Assembly: GCA_049578505.1 (NCBI GenBank)
Contig: JBAUMC010000096.1
Coordinates: 26,693-90,692 of the forward strand
Reading direction: 5' to 3'
Source: Bacteroidota bacterium
Lineage (GTDB): Bacteria; Bacteroidota; Ignavibacteria; UBA10030; UBA8401
DNA: 64,000 bases
Part shown: one piece after another, positions 9,938 to 19,513 of the stretch
Layout: every line of letters starts with the position of its first letter
Numbering within the stretch: the stretch's first letter is position 1
Translations under genes and position numbers: made by a program
The notes under the pieces: generated by a model
The model's input: only the letters and a program-made list of their open reading frames with translations
Told to the model about the DNA's origin: nothing
Databases searched by the model: none

Positions 9938-11155
9938 ATGGTACTGCAGATAGTTTTATTATTTGTCTTTATTATTTTTAGCGGGCTTTTTGCTTCCTCG
10001 GAGATCGTTTTCATCGTTGCGAATAAAGCGAAGTTGCAGGTCCGGGCACGCGGGAAGAAATTCGGTGCAGCGCAAGCCTTGTCGTTTGTCAGCACGCCGG
10101 AGGAGTACCTCACGACGGTGCTTGTCGGAAATAACATTGCGAATATTGCTTTCTCTTCAATTGCCGCCATTGTCTTGCGTCAATATTTCCATTTGCCGAA
10201 TACCATTATTACTATTCTTGTAGCCCTCGTCATTCTGCTTTGCGGAGAATTATTTCCGAAATCGCTCCTCCGCGTAGTAGCAGATGCCGTCGTTCCTTAC
10301 GCTTCATCGTTTCTTCAAGCATGCCGCATTATTTTATCGCCGTTGATCTGGCTGACCCAGCAGGCATCGGGGATGATCATAGCAATGCTAGGTTTCGAAA
10401 AATCGAACGTCGGGAGGTTTTTGCACAAAAAAGATGTTGAAATCCTTTTAAAAGAGAGCGAGGAAGTAGGAGCTGTCGGGATTGATGAGCGGAAAAAAAT
10501 AATCAAGGTCATCACGCTGAACGATGTCCTTGCCAAGGACGTTATGAAAGCAAGGGCGAATGTAGTCGCCGTTGAAATAAAAACGTCAGTGAAGCAGGCA
10601 TGGCAGGTGCTCGTTGAACGAGGCTACTCGAAATTACTCGTCTACGACCAAACAATCGATAATATTATCGGCGTCGTTTTTGCGAGAGATTTTTTTTCCA
10701 GGCCGCGGACGCTTTCTCAGATTTTGCGCGAGACGGTTTTTGTCCCTGAGACGAAAAATTGTTCGGATCTTTTCCGTGATTTTCGGCTTAAGAAAATTTC
10801 ACTTGCGGTCGTCGTCGACGAATTTGGAGGGACAGCAGGGGTTGTCACGTCAGAGGACATCCTCAAAGAATTTCTGGGGGAGATTTCGGACGACCAGCAG
10901 GAGAGCGACCAACAGGTCAAGAAATTGGCAGATGGGTCGTTTCTTGTCAGCGGGAAAACAGAAATTCACAAGCTGGAGAATGCTTCAGGCCTGCAGATTC
11001 CCGACGGCCCGTACGATACGATTGCGGGCTTCGTCATGCATTCGCTCGGACGGATCCCGTTTGAGAAAGAAGAAGTGAGAATCGGATCGATGTTGATCAA
11101 CGTTCTCAGGGCAACAAAGACAAAAATTGAATTGCTCAAGATTCAAGTGCAGTGA
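9938..11155 (+). CDS. CNNM/DUF21-CBS-CorC_HlyC family transporter (hemolysin-like, CorC)
   Basis: An N-terminal four-TM DUF21 (SEIVF..ANK), a CBS pair, and a C-terminal transporter-associated domain (DTIAGFVMHSLGRIP). Confidence 0.8.
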   Translation: MVLQIVLLFVFIIFSGLFASSEIVFIVANKAKLQVRARGKKFGAAQALSFVSTPEEYLTTVLVGNNIANIAFSSIAAIVLRQYFHLPNTIITILVALVILLCGELFPKSLLRVVADAVVPYASSFLQACRIILSPLIWLTQQASGMIIAMLGFEKSNVGRFLHKKDVEILLKESEEVGAVGIDERKKIIKVITLNDVLAKDVMKARANVVAVEIKTSVKQAWQVLVERGYSKLLVYDQTIDNIIGVVFARDFFSRPRTLSQILRETVFVPETKNCSDLFRDFRLKKISLAVVVDEFGGTAGVVTSEDILKEFLGEISDDQQESDQQVKKLADGSFLVSGKTEIHKLENASGLQIPDGPYDTIAGFVMHSLGRIPFEKEEVRIGSMLINVLRATKTKIELLKIQVQ

Positions 11156-12405
11156 TTGATATGCGGAAGTTGGAATCCATTGTGCGGCCACTGTACATGC
11201 TCCCTGTGTTTCGATCGTTGAGGCATCGAAACTATCGCCTTTTTTTCTTCGGTCAGCTTTTTTCTCTGATCGGGACATGGATGCAGAACATCGGCCAGGC
11301 ATGGCTTGTTTATCAATTGACGCATTCTTCGGTGTGGCTGGGAGCGATCGGTTTTCTCACATCGGTTCCTGTACTTTTGTTTTCCATGTTTGGCGGGACG
11401 CTGGCCGACAAGATTTCCAAAAAAAGGCTGATCGTCGCGACGCAGACAGCATCGATGGTGCAAGCGTTCATTCTTGCGCTGCTAGTGTGGACTAATGTGG
11501 TTACGCCCGTGATCGTTGGCGTGCTAGCATTCACTTTGGGGATGATCAACGCCTTCGACATGCCGGGGAGGCAATCGTTTGTCGTTGAGATGGTAGGAAA
11601 AGATGATCTGCCAAATGCTATTGCGCTCAATTCCGCGGTCTTCAACAGCGCGAGAATGTTTGGCCCGGCCATCGGCGGAATCGTGATCGGCCTTTTAGGT
11701 GTCGGATGGTGTTTCTTTCTGAACGGTATTTCTTTTATTGCAGTCATTATCGGATTGCTGATGATGAACGTCGTGGAAAAGATCGCACCAAAAACTGAGT
11801 CTTCCTTTCTTCATTCTATAAGAGAAAGCGTGAACTATGTTCAATCGGACGCTACCTCGAAAGCGATCATGACGCTGGTTGCCATGGTAACAATCTTTGG
11901 CTGGTCGTACTCCGTTATGCTGCCAATATTTGCGGATAGGATTCTGAATATCGGTGCCATAGGCCTTGGAAATCTTCTCACAGCAAACGGCATTGGCGCC
12001 CTCATTAGCGCGTTAACCGTCGCATCGGTCGGGCATAAAGTTCATCCCCGCAAATTCATTTATACAGGTTTATCTATTTTTATTTTTTCGATCTTCATCT
12101 TCACTGCCTCATCGTCGCCGCTTCTCTCGATGGCCTGTCTCGTTGGAGTCGGCATCGGATTGATCGCTTTTTTTGCAACCGCAAATGCTACTCTGCAAAT
12201 GCGCACTCCCGACCATCTGAGGGGAAGGGTCATGGGACTCTACTCGCTTGTCTTTCAGGGTTTTTTCCCGTTCGGAAGCCTGGGATTAGGAGTGCTGGCA
12301 AATGTTGTCGGGGTCCGGCTCGCCGTCGCGAGCGGTGCTTGTATCTGCGGGATCTCCGGGAGCGCGGTGTATCACGTGATGAAGAAAAAGAGAGGACGTA
12401 TCTAA
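11152..12405 (+). CDS. MFS transporter (MFS_3 / EntS-like)
   Basis: RNYRLFFFGQLFSLIGTWMQNIGQAWLVYQLT and about 12 TM segments. It overlaps the preceding gene by 4 nt. Confidence 0.75.
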   Translation: MIDMRKLESIVRPLYMLPVFRSLRHRNYRLFFFGQLFSLIGTWMQNIGQAWLVYQLTHSSVWLGAIGFLTSVPVLLFSMFGGTLADKISKKRLIVATQTASMVQAFILALLVWTNVVTPVIVGVLAFTLGMINAFDMPGRQSFVVEMVGKDDLPNAIALNSAVFNSARMFGPAIGGIVIGLLGVGWCFFLNGISFIAVIIGLLMMNVVEKIAPKTESSFLHSIRESVNYVQSDATSKAIMTLVAMVTIFGWSYSVMLPIFADRILNIGAIGLGNLLTANGIGALISALTVASVGHKVHPRKFIYTGLSIFIFSIFIFTASSSPLLSMACLVGVGIGLIAFFATANATLQMRTPDHLRGRVMGLYSLVFQGFFPFGSLGLGVLANVVGVRLAVASGACICGISGSAVYHVMKKKRGRI

Positions 12406-12423
12406 TTGAGAGAAAGTACAACC

Positions 12424-14403
12424 ATGAAATCGTTAGGATTATTTTTGCTGGTGAACATTTTAACTCCCTTGATCATGTTCGGGCAGGGGGGCGATGAACA
12501 ATTATTTCGCGCAGCGATCAGTGCATCGTCGGATAGTGTAAAGTTGTCCGGGCTGACGAAACTCATTACGACCTATCCGCAAAGCAGGTTATTGGATCAA
12601 GCGTACGGAGAAAAATTCAGTATTCTTCTCTCCATCCATCAGGACAGCACGGCGTTTCTTGTCGTTCATAATTGTCTTGCAGCAATTGAATCGCAAAACA
12701 TTCCGGGGGCACTCCACAATTTTGCGATGGAACTCGCATACAGGAAGCAATATCCGGACAGCGCACTGGTCTTTGTAGACTCCGCGATATCGTTGTATCA
12801 AAAGAGACACGGGAGGCCGAACCCGGCATTCCTTTATACCCGGGCGACGAGTCTTTTTCTTCTGAAGAAGTTTGCAGAAGCCGAGTCGACACAACGAGAG
12901 GCAATCGGGTTCTTGCCGCCGTCCGCAATATTTGACAGCCGGTACAGCAATTATTTTGCCCAACTTGGTATGATTCAGCTCGAGACAAATAGGGGTGTAG
13001 AAGGCCTCCAACAATTTGTTCACGCTAGTTTTATTTCGCTGCAACCGTCGATTGAATATGCAAGCCTCGACTCCTTGTTCCGCACGAGGCTGAAGGATTC
13101 TGCCCTCGTCGCCCGAATCCGAGACAGCCTTTTCGAACGTATCGCCAGAGACTACATGCGTAGCGACAGGGATACTTCTACCGCAAAAAGATATATCGCC
13201 GAGAGTTTTTCTCGAAACCGAGTTTTCATGAAGAAGGCAATTGAGTTAGCACAGGAGGCGTACCGCGGGGCGGCTGCGAGGTCTTTCGAGGAGCGGTGCG
13301 ATGCTGCCGCATCACTCGGAATTGTTCTGTTCAATGCCGGCAACGATGTTGAAGCGGAGAAGTACCTTACGGAGGCTCTCCAGACGAAACTGCCGACTGA
13401 AACTGAGCTGTTTCTCGATCTCGGTTCCGCGCAAGAAAGCTCTGGAAAAAAGAATGAGGCGTTCGACACCTATTTGACCGGCGTGACGATCAGCCGGCCA
13501 TCGGTGTTAATGAAGCCGCTTCTGACCTTGCAAAAAGAATTGTATCCCCACGCGTCAATCGATTCTCTGATTACGCTAGCCCAGCGAAAGTTGGTCGACT
13601 TCTTTCCTGATAAATATAAACGGCCCGAAACAACGGAGGATGAGCCGAATCAAAAGACTGTTTTGGCTGAATTGTTTACTGGATCCGAGTGTCGCCCTTG
13701 TCAGGCGGCAGATATTGCGTACGATAAACTTCTTGAGCGTTACGATCTTTCGGAACTCGCCCTGTTAGAATATCATCTCAATATACCCAGACCCGACCCA
13801 ATGTCGAACACGGATACAGAATTACGGTCGCACTATTACGGCGTGAACAGCACTCCAACGTCGATTATCGATGGAACTACCGTTATGAACTCAGGAGGCC
13901 CGGGGATTGTTGCCAGATCAAAATTTGCAATATACGCAGACGCCGTTGACCGGACTCTCAACTCTAAGGCTGAAGCTTACTTAAAAATTTCAGCCAGAAT
14001 TCGTAGGAATAAAATTTCGATAGCCGTTTCGGCGAGCGTGAATAAGATCCGTAAATCGGATAGACTCCGGATTGTATTGGCCGAGGACGGGATGCGATAT
14101 CAAGGGACGAGCGGAATATGGGAACATAGATTCGTGGTCCGGAAGATGATCCGAGGCGCGAGCGGAATCTCGTTCAAGTCCAACGGGAGAGCAGCGGTCA
14201 AAGATGCGTTTACGGTCTCTTCAATTGAAGATCAGCTAGAAAAATATCTTGATACTTACGAAAAGAGCTTGCAGGGCTCCGGGACATCGTTCAAAGAGAA
14301 AAAGTCAGAGATTGATCCCAAACAATTGTACATCGTAGCGTTTATCCAGGATGATGCAACTCGCAGAATCCTTCAATCTACTATTATCAAGGTAAAACGA
14401 TGA
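12424..14403 (+). CDS. Secreted TPR-like protein with a C-terminal thioredoxin-fold (DUF1223-like) CxxC domain
   Basis: Signal peptide MKSLGLFLLVNILTPLIMFGQ, a helical repeat region, and LAELFTGSECRPCQAADIAYDKL, which resembles the DUF1223/thioredoxin-like motif. Confidence 0.5.
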   Translation: MKSLGLFLLVNILTPLIMFGQGGDEQLFRAAISASSDSVKLSGLTKLITTYPQSRLLDQAYGEKFSILLSIHQDSTAFLVVHNCLAAIESQNIPGALHNFAMELAYRKQYPDSALVFVDSAISLYQKRHGRPNPAFLYTRATSLFLLKKFAEAESTQREAIGFLPPSAIFDSRYSNYFAQLGMIQLETNRGVEGLQQFVHASFISLQPSIEYASLDSLFRTRLKDSALVARIRDSLFERIARDYMRSDRDTSTAKRYIAESFSRNRVFMKKAIELAQEAYRGAAARSFEERCDAAASLGIVLFNAGNDVEAEKYLTEALQTKLPTETELFLDLGSAQESSGKKNEAFDTYLTGVTISRPSVLMKPLLTLQKELYPHASIDSLITLAQRKLVDFFPDKYKRPETTEDEPNQKTVLAELFTGSECRPCQAADIAYDKLLERYDLSELALLEYHLNIPRPDPMSNTDTELRSHYYGVNSTPTSIIDGTTVMNSGGPGIVARSKFAIYADAVDRTLNSKAEAYLKISARIRRNKISIAVSASVNKIRKSDRLRIVLAEDGMRYQGTSGIWEHRFVVRKMIRGASGISFKSNGRAAVKDAFTVSSIEDQLEKYLDTYEKSLQGSGTSFKEKKSEIDPKQLYIVAFIQDDATRRILQSTIIKVKR

Positions 14404-15827
14404 AAACGTGGAGAGCCGTCATTGTAGTCTTCCTCCTTTTGATCACATCGATTCGGGCGAAAAGTTCCGATCGATTTGAACAATATTTTACGGACACAAC
14501 ATTCCGGTTTGATTATTACCATACAGGAACGAAAAGGGAAGAACGAATCAACACCGACAAAATGTACGTCGAAGGGGAATGGCCGGGGAGTCTAACCAAC
14601 CTCATCGATACATTGAATCTCGGGGAATACTTTTTCCGGATCACAGATGTTGCCAGCAACCGGACGATTTATTCACGCGGGTATTGCTCTTTGTTTGATG
14701 AGTGGCAAACAACCGACGAAGCAGCCTCGGGGACGTTTAGGACGTTTAACGAGACACTTCTCTTTCCGTATCCATTAAGAAAATTCCAACTGACTATTTC
14801 ACGTCGAACGAAGCAAATGGTGTTCAGCGACATCTTCTCGACGGTAATTGATCCCAGCGGGACCGACATTCATCGTGAAAAGTCACATGCAGCCGCAGGG
14901 GCAGTGGAATTACTTTTTAACGGAGATATTCATTCAAAAGTTGACATCGCGATTCTCGGCGACGGCTACACGAAAGCTGAAATGGGGAAGTTCTTGAGCG
15001 ACGCACGCCATTTTACCGGCATTTTATTTTCTACCGAGCCGTTCAAACATCGGAAAAAAGATTTTAACGTTCGGGCAGTGGAAGTAGAATCTCACGAATC
15101 TGGGATCGACCAGCCGGATCAACATATCTGGACTGACCACGCCCTCGGCACGACTTACGATTCATTCGGCTCCGCCAGGTATGTGCTCACCGACGCGAAC
15201 AAGGCAGTCAGGGACTGCGCTGCTGCGGTTCCCTACGACTTTATTTTTATCCTGGTGAATACTAACCGCTATGGCGGCGGCGGGATATTCCAACTTTATG
15301 CTGTATGTTTTGCAAATGGCGAAACTCCCGCAACTGCGTGGCAGGCCGACTATGTATTTGTCCACGAGTTCGGCCATTCTTTTGCAGGACTCGGCGATGA
15401 GTATTACTCATCCTCTGTAGCATATAATGATTTTTATCAAAAGGGGATCGAGCCCTGGGAGCCAAACATCGCGGGCGATATTTCTCGGCAAGGATTGAAG
15501 TGGAAAAATTTTGTGAAACCCGAAACTCCACTTCCCACGCAATGGAATAAATCTTTGTATGACAGCATGGAAACCGAGCGAGGGAAATTAAGACGCGAAA
15601 TGCCGGGCTATGCCGAAAAACGACAGGCCATTTTGGATGCCGAACATGCAGTGTTGAGCGACTCTCAATTGTCCGGTGTTGTGGGTGCCTTCGAAGGAGC
15701 AGGATATAGTTCTACAGGTTTGTACCGTCCCTCGCTTGACTGCCGTATGTTTTCGCTTAGCCTCACTGATTTTGACCCGGTATGTGCAAGAGCAATTGAG
15801 AGGATGATCGACTTTTACACAAAATAA
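14400..15827 (+). CDS. Peptidase M64 (IgA-peptidase-like zinc metalloprotease)
   Basis: Signal peptide, and HEFGHSFAGLGDEY (HExxH followed by the GDEY context typical of M64). ATGA overlap with the upstream gene. Confidence 0.8.
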   Translation: MKTWRAVIVVFLLLITSIRAKSSDRFEQYFTDTTFRFDYYHTGTKREERINTDKMYVEGEWPGSLTNLIDTLNLGEYFFRITDVASNRTIYSRGYCSLFDEWQTTDEAASGTFRTFNETLLFPYPLRKFQLTISRRTKQMVFSDIFSTVIDPSGTDIHREKSHAAAGAVELLFNGDIHSKVDIAILGDGYTKAEMGKFLSDARHFTGILFSTEPFKHRKKDFNVRAVEVESHESGIDQPDQHIWTDHALGTTYDSFGSARYVLTDANKAVRDCAAAVPYDFIFILVNTNRYGGGGIFQLYAVCFANGETPATAWQADYVFVHEFGHSFAGLGDEYYSSSVAYNDFYQKGIEPWEPNIAGDISRQGLKWKNFVKPETPLPTQWNKSLYDSMETERGKLRREMPGYAEKRQAILDAEHAVLSDSQLSGVVGAFEGAGYSSTGLYRPSLDCRMFSLSLTDFDPVCARAIERMIDFYTK

Positions 15828-15866
15828 TTGATTGAGTGATTACCGTTTCTTCAATTCCTAGAGGTT

Positions 15867-17690
15867 GTGGTGCATATTCTCGGAATTTCCGCATACTATC
15901 ATGACTCAGCAGCCTGTTTGCTTGCCGACGGAGAAATATTTGCGGCTGCGCAGGAAGAGCGTTTTACGAGGAAAAAGCATGACCACGATTTTCCGCGGCA
16001 TGCGGTTGCATATTGTCTGAAGGAAGCGGGCATCACGGCGGACCAGCTGGAATGCGTTGCGTTCTACGATAAACCGCTTTTAAAATTTAACCGCCTTCTT
16101 GAAACCTACCTCACCTTTTCGCCAAAAGGGATACAGTCGTTCATGATGGCTATGCCCTTGTGGCTTCAAGAAAAACTCTGGATTCCGGATCTGATCGAGA
16201 AGGAGATTCACTTCGGCGGGAAAGTGTTGTTTCCCGAGCACCACGAATCGCATGCAGCATCAGCATTCTTTCCTTCCCCGTTTCAACACGCTGCAATCCT
16301 GACGGTTGACGGAGTCGGAGAAATGGCGACGTCGTCGCTCGGAATCGGCCGGGATAATAGAGTCGAGCTTCTCTCGGAGCTCCATTTCCCGAATTCTCTG
16401 GGATTGCTCTATTCCGCATTCACATATTTTACCGGCTTTAAGGTAAACTCTGGTGAATACAAAGTGATGGGATTGGCTCCGTACGGCGAGCCGAAGTATG
16501 TTCAGCGCATCTACGAAAATCTCATCGACCTAAAGGACGATGGCTCGTTCGTTATGAACATGGAGTACTTCGACTATTGCGCGGGCCTCACAATGACAAA
16601 CCATAAGTTTGAGAAGTTGTTTGATGGAAAGCCGCGCACCCCGGAAAGTTTGCTGACCCAGAGAGAGTTGGATCTCGCCCGCTCGATTCAGGACGTGACA
16701 GAAGAAATAATGATGCGGATGGTGCGCCATACAAAAAGTGTAACGGGGGAAAAATATTTGTGTCTTGCGGGGGGTGTCGCATTAAACTGCGTCGCGAACG
16801 GGAAAATATTGCGCTCAGGATTGTTCGAAGACATATGGATACAGCCTGCAGCGGGTGATGCAGGCGGGTCTCTTGGAGCAGCCTACATTGCATATCATCA
16901 TTATCTTAAAAAACCAGTAAGAGAAAAAAAGGGAAGGGATGTTCAAAGAGGTTCTTACCTCGGCCCATCGTACAGCGATGACATGATTCTCGCATTTCTA
17001 CAGGAGTATCATTTGCCGTTCGAACGCATTGAGGATTACAGCGAGGTGTGCGAGAGAGTCGCGGAGTACCTGACGGAAGAGAAGATCGTCGGATGGTTCC
17101 AGGGAAGGATGGAATTCGGTCCGCGCGCCTTAGGCGGCCGTTCTATAATCGGGGATGCGCGGTCGCCTACCATGCAAAAAAAAATGAATATCAAGATTAA
17201 ATTCAGAGAAGGGTTCCGGCCGTTTGCGCCGTCGGTGCTGGCAGAAAAAGCGAGCGAGTGGTTTGAGCTCGACCGTGAAAGTCCTTACATGCTTCTTGTT
17301 GCCGATGTAAAAAAGGATAAACAGAAGGCAATGACGGATGCCGAGAAGAAGCTCTGGGGCATCGACAAGCTCAATATCCTTCGCTCCGAGATCCCGGCAG
17401 TTACGCACGTTGATTATTCTGCCAGAATACAAACGGTCAATAAGATCGATAATCAATTATACTATACACTCATCGACGCATTCTATAAAAAAACGGGGTG
17501 CCCAGTTATTGTCAACACGTCGTTTAACGTAAGAGGCGAACCCATTGTTGCCACGCCGCTCGATGCGTATAAATGCTTTATGCGGACGGATATCGATGTT
17601 CTTGTCGTTGGAAGATTCATTTTGCAAAAGCAAGCACAGCCGGCGTTTCATGATGATATTCAATGGAAGGAACTCTATGAGTTGGATTAG
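15867..17690 (+). CDS. NodU/CmcH-family carbamoyltransferase
   Basis: ILGISAYYHDSAACLL..AAQEERFTRKKHD, plus a C-terminal carbamoyltransferase domain (VNTSFNVRGEPIV). Confidence 0.9.
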   Translation: MVHILGISAYYHDSAACLLADGEIFAAAQEERFTRKKHDHDFPRHAVAYCLKEAGITADQLECVAFYDKPLLKFNRLLETYLTFSPKGIQSFMMAMPLWLQEKLWIPDLIEKEIHFGGKVLFPEHHESHAASAFFPSPFQHAAILTVDGVGEMATSSLGIGRDNRVELLSELHFPNSLGLLYSAFTYFTGFKVNSGEYKVMGLAPYGEPKYVQRIYENLIDLKDDGSFVMNMEYFDYCAGLTMTNHKFEKLFDGKPRTPESLLTQRELDLARSIQDVTEEIMMRMVRHTKSVTGEKYLCLAGGVALNCVANGKILRSGLFEDIWIQPAAGDAGGSLGAAYIAYHHYLKKPVREKKGRDVQRGSYLGPSYSDDMILAFLQEYHLPFERIEDYSEVCERVAEYLTEEKIVGWFQGRMEFGPRALGGRSIIGDARSPTMQKKMNIKIKFREGFRPFAPSVLAEKASEWFELDRESPYMLLVADVKKDKQKAMTDAEKKLWGIDKLNILRSEIPAVTHVDYSARIQTVNKIDNQLYYTLIDAFYKKTGCPVIVNTSFNVRGEPIVATPLDAYKCFMRTDIDVLVVGRFILQKQAQPAFHDDIQWKELYELD

Positions 17691-18108
17691 CGATGTTCGT
17701 AGTGAAATGCATCGCCTGAAATGCACCTCCAAAGAATTGCGGAAGTTTGCGTACCTCGTCGGTTCCGTTCTCGTGCTTATGGGGGGTGCCGGGTTTTTCA
17801 AGCATTGGCACTTTTCAATAATGGTGTTGCTATGGCTTTGCGCGGCTACCCTCCTTTGCATGGGGTTGCTGTATCCAAAGGGGTTGAGGGGAGTGTACGT
17901 AGTGTGGATGGGAATTGCGTTTTCGCTCGGATGGGTTATGTCGCGAGCAATTTTGATCCTTTTGTTTTATTTTGTTATCACGCCGATCGGGGTGGCTGCG
18001 CGTATCTTCGGGAAAAAATTCATCGACATTAACTTTTCAGACTCGCATAAAACGTATTGGGTCGAAAGAGGAAATTCCAAAAAAATGGATTACGAAAAGT
18101 TGTTCTAA
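17677..18108 (+). CDS. SxtJ-like small membrane protein
   Basis: A 143-aa membrane protein immediately downstream of, and overlapping, the carbamoyltransferase gene. This is the arrangement typical of SxtJ-family genes. Confidence 0.55.
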   Translation: MSWISDVRSEMHRLKCTSKELRKFAYLVGSVLVLMGGAGFFKHWHFSIMVLLWLCAATLLCMGLLYPKGLRGVYVVWMGIAFSLGWVMSRAILILLFYFVITPIGVAARIFGKKFIDINFSDSHKTYWVERGNSKKMDYEKLF

Positions 18109-18119
18109 AGGAGGTGCAC

Positions 18120-18278
18120 GTGGCAAAAGTCAAAATTATAGCCGAATACTTTGAATTTCTGAAACAGAATAAGAAATGGTGGTTGATGCCTATAGTGTTT
18201 GCGTTGCTCCTTTTTGGATTGCTAATTATCGTTACAAAAGGGAGCGCTCTGGCACCTTTTATTTATACCCTCTTCTGA
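18120..18278 (+). CDS. DUF5989 / SxtK-like small membrane protein
   Basis: GTG start preceded by aaggagg. The sequence AKVKIIAEYFEFLKQNKKWWLMPIVFALLLFGLLIIVTKGSALAPFIYTLF carries the KKWWL...APFIYTLF signature. Confidence 0.65.
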   Translation: MAKVKIIAEYFEFLKQNKKWWLMPIVFALLLFGLLIIVTKGSALAPFIYTLF

Positions 18279-18312
18279 GCATATCTAGAAGACTCCTGTT
18301 ACCTAAGAACTT

Positions 18313-18346
18313 CCATTTCCCTTCCAATTTTTTGGAAGGGAAATGG
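18313..18346. terminator. Perfect 15-bp hairpin (bidirectional terminator-like)
   Basis: ccatttcccttccaa-tttt-ttggaagggaaatgg, located directly after the triad. Confidence 0.55.
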
Positions 18347-18454
18347 ATTCCTGCCACTTTAGAAGATTATTTTTCAATTTTCTCTTGACAATAAAGACAA
18401 AAAGGTCTACCTTTTTTGGAAGCCCTTCCATATTTACCTTCGAACTGGTGCTGA

Positions 18455-19507
18455 TTGGCTGTTACAATATACGACATAGCGAGAGAAGCCGGAGTTGGCA
18501 TCGGCACTGTCTCTCGTGTGTTCAATAACCACCCCAACGTCACCCCAAAGACGCGCGACAAAATCCTCTCGGTAGCGAAAAGATTAAATTATCATCCTCA
18601 CGCTTATGCCCAGGCACTTGCTCGTAAGCGGACAAATACGATCGCTGCTATTATTCCGTTCTTCACGAACTATTTCTTTATAGAAGTGCTCCAGGGCGTT
18701 CAAGACAAAATTTCAAGCCTTGGCTACGATCTGATATTGTACGGCATTAACCATCCCGAGCAGATAGACGAGTATTTGCGGAAAAGTATCCAGCGGGGAC
18801 GAGTCGATGGCATTTTATTTTTTTCAATGAAGTTGCCAACCTCGTTTGTCGACAAGTTCAAAGACCATTCGAAGCCTGTCGTTCTCGTTGATACATTTCA
18901 TGAACAATTTGATTCGCTTGCCGTTGAGAATTTTCAAGGAGCAATGGTTGCGACAAATCATCTCATCTCACTTGGTCATAAAAACATCGGGATGATCAGC
19001 GCCAATATCAACAGTGTGCCGGCTCGTGAGCGCATTGCTGGGTTCAAAGATGCAATCACTTCTGCTGGCTTGGAAGTCCGCCCGGAGAACATCGTCATTA
19101 GCAAGATCGCGAAGCAGGACGGGTTCAGCCGTGAAGCAGGCTACCAGTCCATGAAGGAAATGTTGGGCAATGGTTCACAATTGCCGACAGCAATTTTCAT
19201 ATCGAGCGATGTCCAAGCGATCGGAGGGATGAGTGCTCTACGGCAGCACGGCGTCAAAATACCACGCGATGTGGCGGTGGTCAGTTTCGACGATATTGAG
19301 CTCGCCGAGCAATTTGGATTGACAACGATGAGGCAGCCGATGTACGAAATGGGGGAACTGGCCGTTGAGAAATTGGTCTATCGGATGGAGCACCCCTCGG
19401 CACCTCCTTCGCAAATAAACTTCTTGCCGAAATTGGTCGTGCGTGCAACATGCGGCATGAATAAAATGCATTCGCCCGTTGAAGATTTTGTCCATGCGAA
19501 AGATTGA
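18455..19507 (+). CDS. LacI-family transcriptional regulator
   Basis: N-terminal HTH (TIYDIAREAGVGIGTVSRVFNN) plus a periplasmic-binding-protein-like sugar-binding core. TTG start. Confidence 0.9.
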   Translation: MAVTIYDIAREAGVGIGTVSRVFNNHPNVTPKTRDKILSVAKRLNYHPHAYAQALARKRTNTIAAIIPFFTNYFFIEVLQGVQDKISSLGYDLILYGINHPEQIDEYLRKSIQRGRVDGILFFSMKLPTSFVDKFKDHSKPVVLVDTFHEQFDSLAVENFQGAMVATNHLISLGHKNIGMISANINSVPARERIAGFKDAITSAGLEVRPENIVISKIAKQDGFSREAGYQSMKEMLGNGSQLPTAIFISSDVQAIGGMSALRQHGVKIPRDVAVVSFDDIELAEQFGLTTMRQPMYEMGELAVEKLVYRMEHPSAPPSQINFLPKLVVRATCGMNKMHSPVEDFVHAKD

Positions 19508-19513
19508 TATGCA

